64,000 bases of DNA from Amoebidium appalachense (taxonomy: Eukaryota; Protista; Ichthyosporea). How positions within the stretch are numbered: the stretch's first letter is position 1; the number at the start of each line of letters is the position of its first letter. Of the stretch, positions 62,832 through 64,000 are shown one piece after another. The notes under the pieces are model-generated. The model had not been told where the DNA came from, made no database searches, and saw nothing but the letters and a program-made list of their open reading frames with translations. The position numbers were made by a program, and so were the translations under genes. Where the stretch lies: positions 8,944,907 to 9,008,906 of the forward strand of contig CAVNZM010000001.1 in NCBI GenBank assembly GCA_963693365.1. Reading direction: 5' to 3'.

Positions 62832-64000
62832 TCTAGGGCTCCCCATATATATGGAACATGCTCTCTAGATCTCTCTCCAGACCTCTTTCTCTAGAACTCT
62901 CATGCGCTTACGAAGTTTAACACTCCCGCACACGTACAAACACTCAGCCACTCACACTCACACACACACACTCGGCGAACACGGGTATCTGTTCGTGTTT
63001 TCTGAATCAGAACTTAGTTACTGGGCGCTTTTATGTCCACGTGTATGTGTATGTGCGTTGTTTGGGGGGGGGGGGGGGGGGGGGGGGGAGAGGGGGGGAG
63101 GGGGGGAGGGGGGGAAGAGGGAGGGGAGGGGGAGGGGGGGGGGGGGGGTGCACATCGAGGCCCTTTACTGCCCAGAATTAAAGTTTCTTGCAGGTAACGA
63201 TGGGTTGCAAAACGCCACTGGCCAGGTTTGTCTAAGCAATCATTGACTACTCATGGATAAAGTCCGACACACTATTAGTGTGGTGTACAGTACGTAACAA
63301 CAAACATGTTTTCCGTTCGCGCCGCGGTCCACAGAGCGCTCTGCAACTGCAAGTTCAACCGTTAAACAACAAAACTTATGCTAAATTCTGATTGGTAATC
63401 CTAGAACCCAAATTTGGCGTTATTCTGTTGGGAGGCCAATGAACGCACGTCGTGAACTGAACCAATCAAACGGTGGCACTTTGAAAGTAAACTCTGCGCC
63501 GCTGCTAGCGGGTATTTCTGCAATACCCAAACCACAAATATGTTTTAGCTGCAAAAATAGTGTACCTATAAATAATCTTTCTTTTATAATGCAACGAATA
63601 AGTGCATCTTGTAAGTACATATTTGTGCGCTGGACATTTCTGGTTACCATTTTGAATTTAGCCTCGCATTCCTCAGCAGTTGTGTAACAGTCAAGCAACC
63701 AATTAAATTACGGCTTGCTGGAAGCATGCAAATGCTTTTATAGAATGCATATGGGGGATGGAGCAGAAGGTTCCTTGTTCTATAAATGCATTAAAACATG
63801 CTTTCAGAGCCACATCAAAATTTTCGACCTAGAATAAAACATAAAAAGCCTTACCTAATATCAAGACGTCCAGTTTTAATTTGTTTTCATAATTATATTC
63901 ACAAAATATCACTCACGTAGCCAAATTCCTTGATGCTGAAATATTTTGCACCCCCTCATTGCCTGCGCTCGCGTACATCAAAAACACAACTCCGCACCAG

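Noticed and set aside
63420-63698. Minus-strand peptide TTAEECEAKFK resembling a Myb/SANT-trihelix helix
   Set aside because: Too short, with no supporting upstream domain or splice structure; could be chance.

Overview
Eukaryotic genomic DNA, probably from a protist or early-diverging opisthokont (inferred from protein features only). Introns and intergenic DNA are saturated with (CA)n/(GT)n, (GA)n and poly-C/poly-G tracts, so nearly all ORFs in the track are low-complexity artefacts. Reconstructing exons by hand gives: (1) the 5' part of a spliced pyruvate dehydrogenase E3-binding/E2-family gene (PDHX-like, minus strand, 8 exons, continuing off the left edge); (2) a probable decayed multi-exon gene at about 9.4-12.1 kb; (3) two intronless, near-identical APC/cationic amino-acid permease genes in convergent inverted orientation; (4) a TAPT1/Emp65 (DUF747) gene with at least 12 exons, a GC-AG intron and a 340-codon terminal exon; (5) a tandem pair of 3-exon F-box genes with stops and frameshifts, plus an orphan third exon 1. 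The most interesting signals are in intron architecture. About half of the introns are G/GU-rich at the 5' end and C/CA-rich at the 3' end, so they could fold back and bridge the splice sites. Many acceptors are simply the end of a (CA)n run with no polypyrimidine tract. Three exon boundaries are echoed as degenerate tandem copies inside the adjacent intron. No rRNA, tRNA, CRISPR array or intact transposon was recognised.
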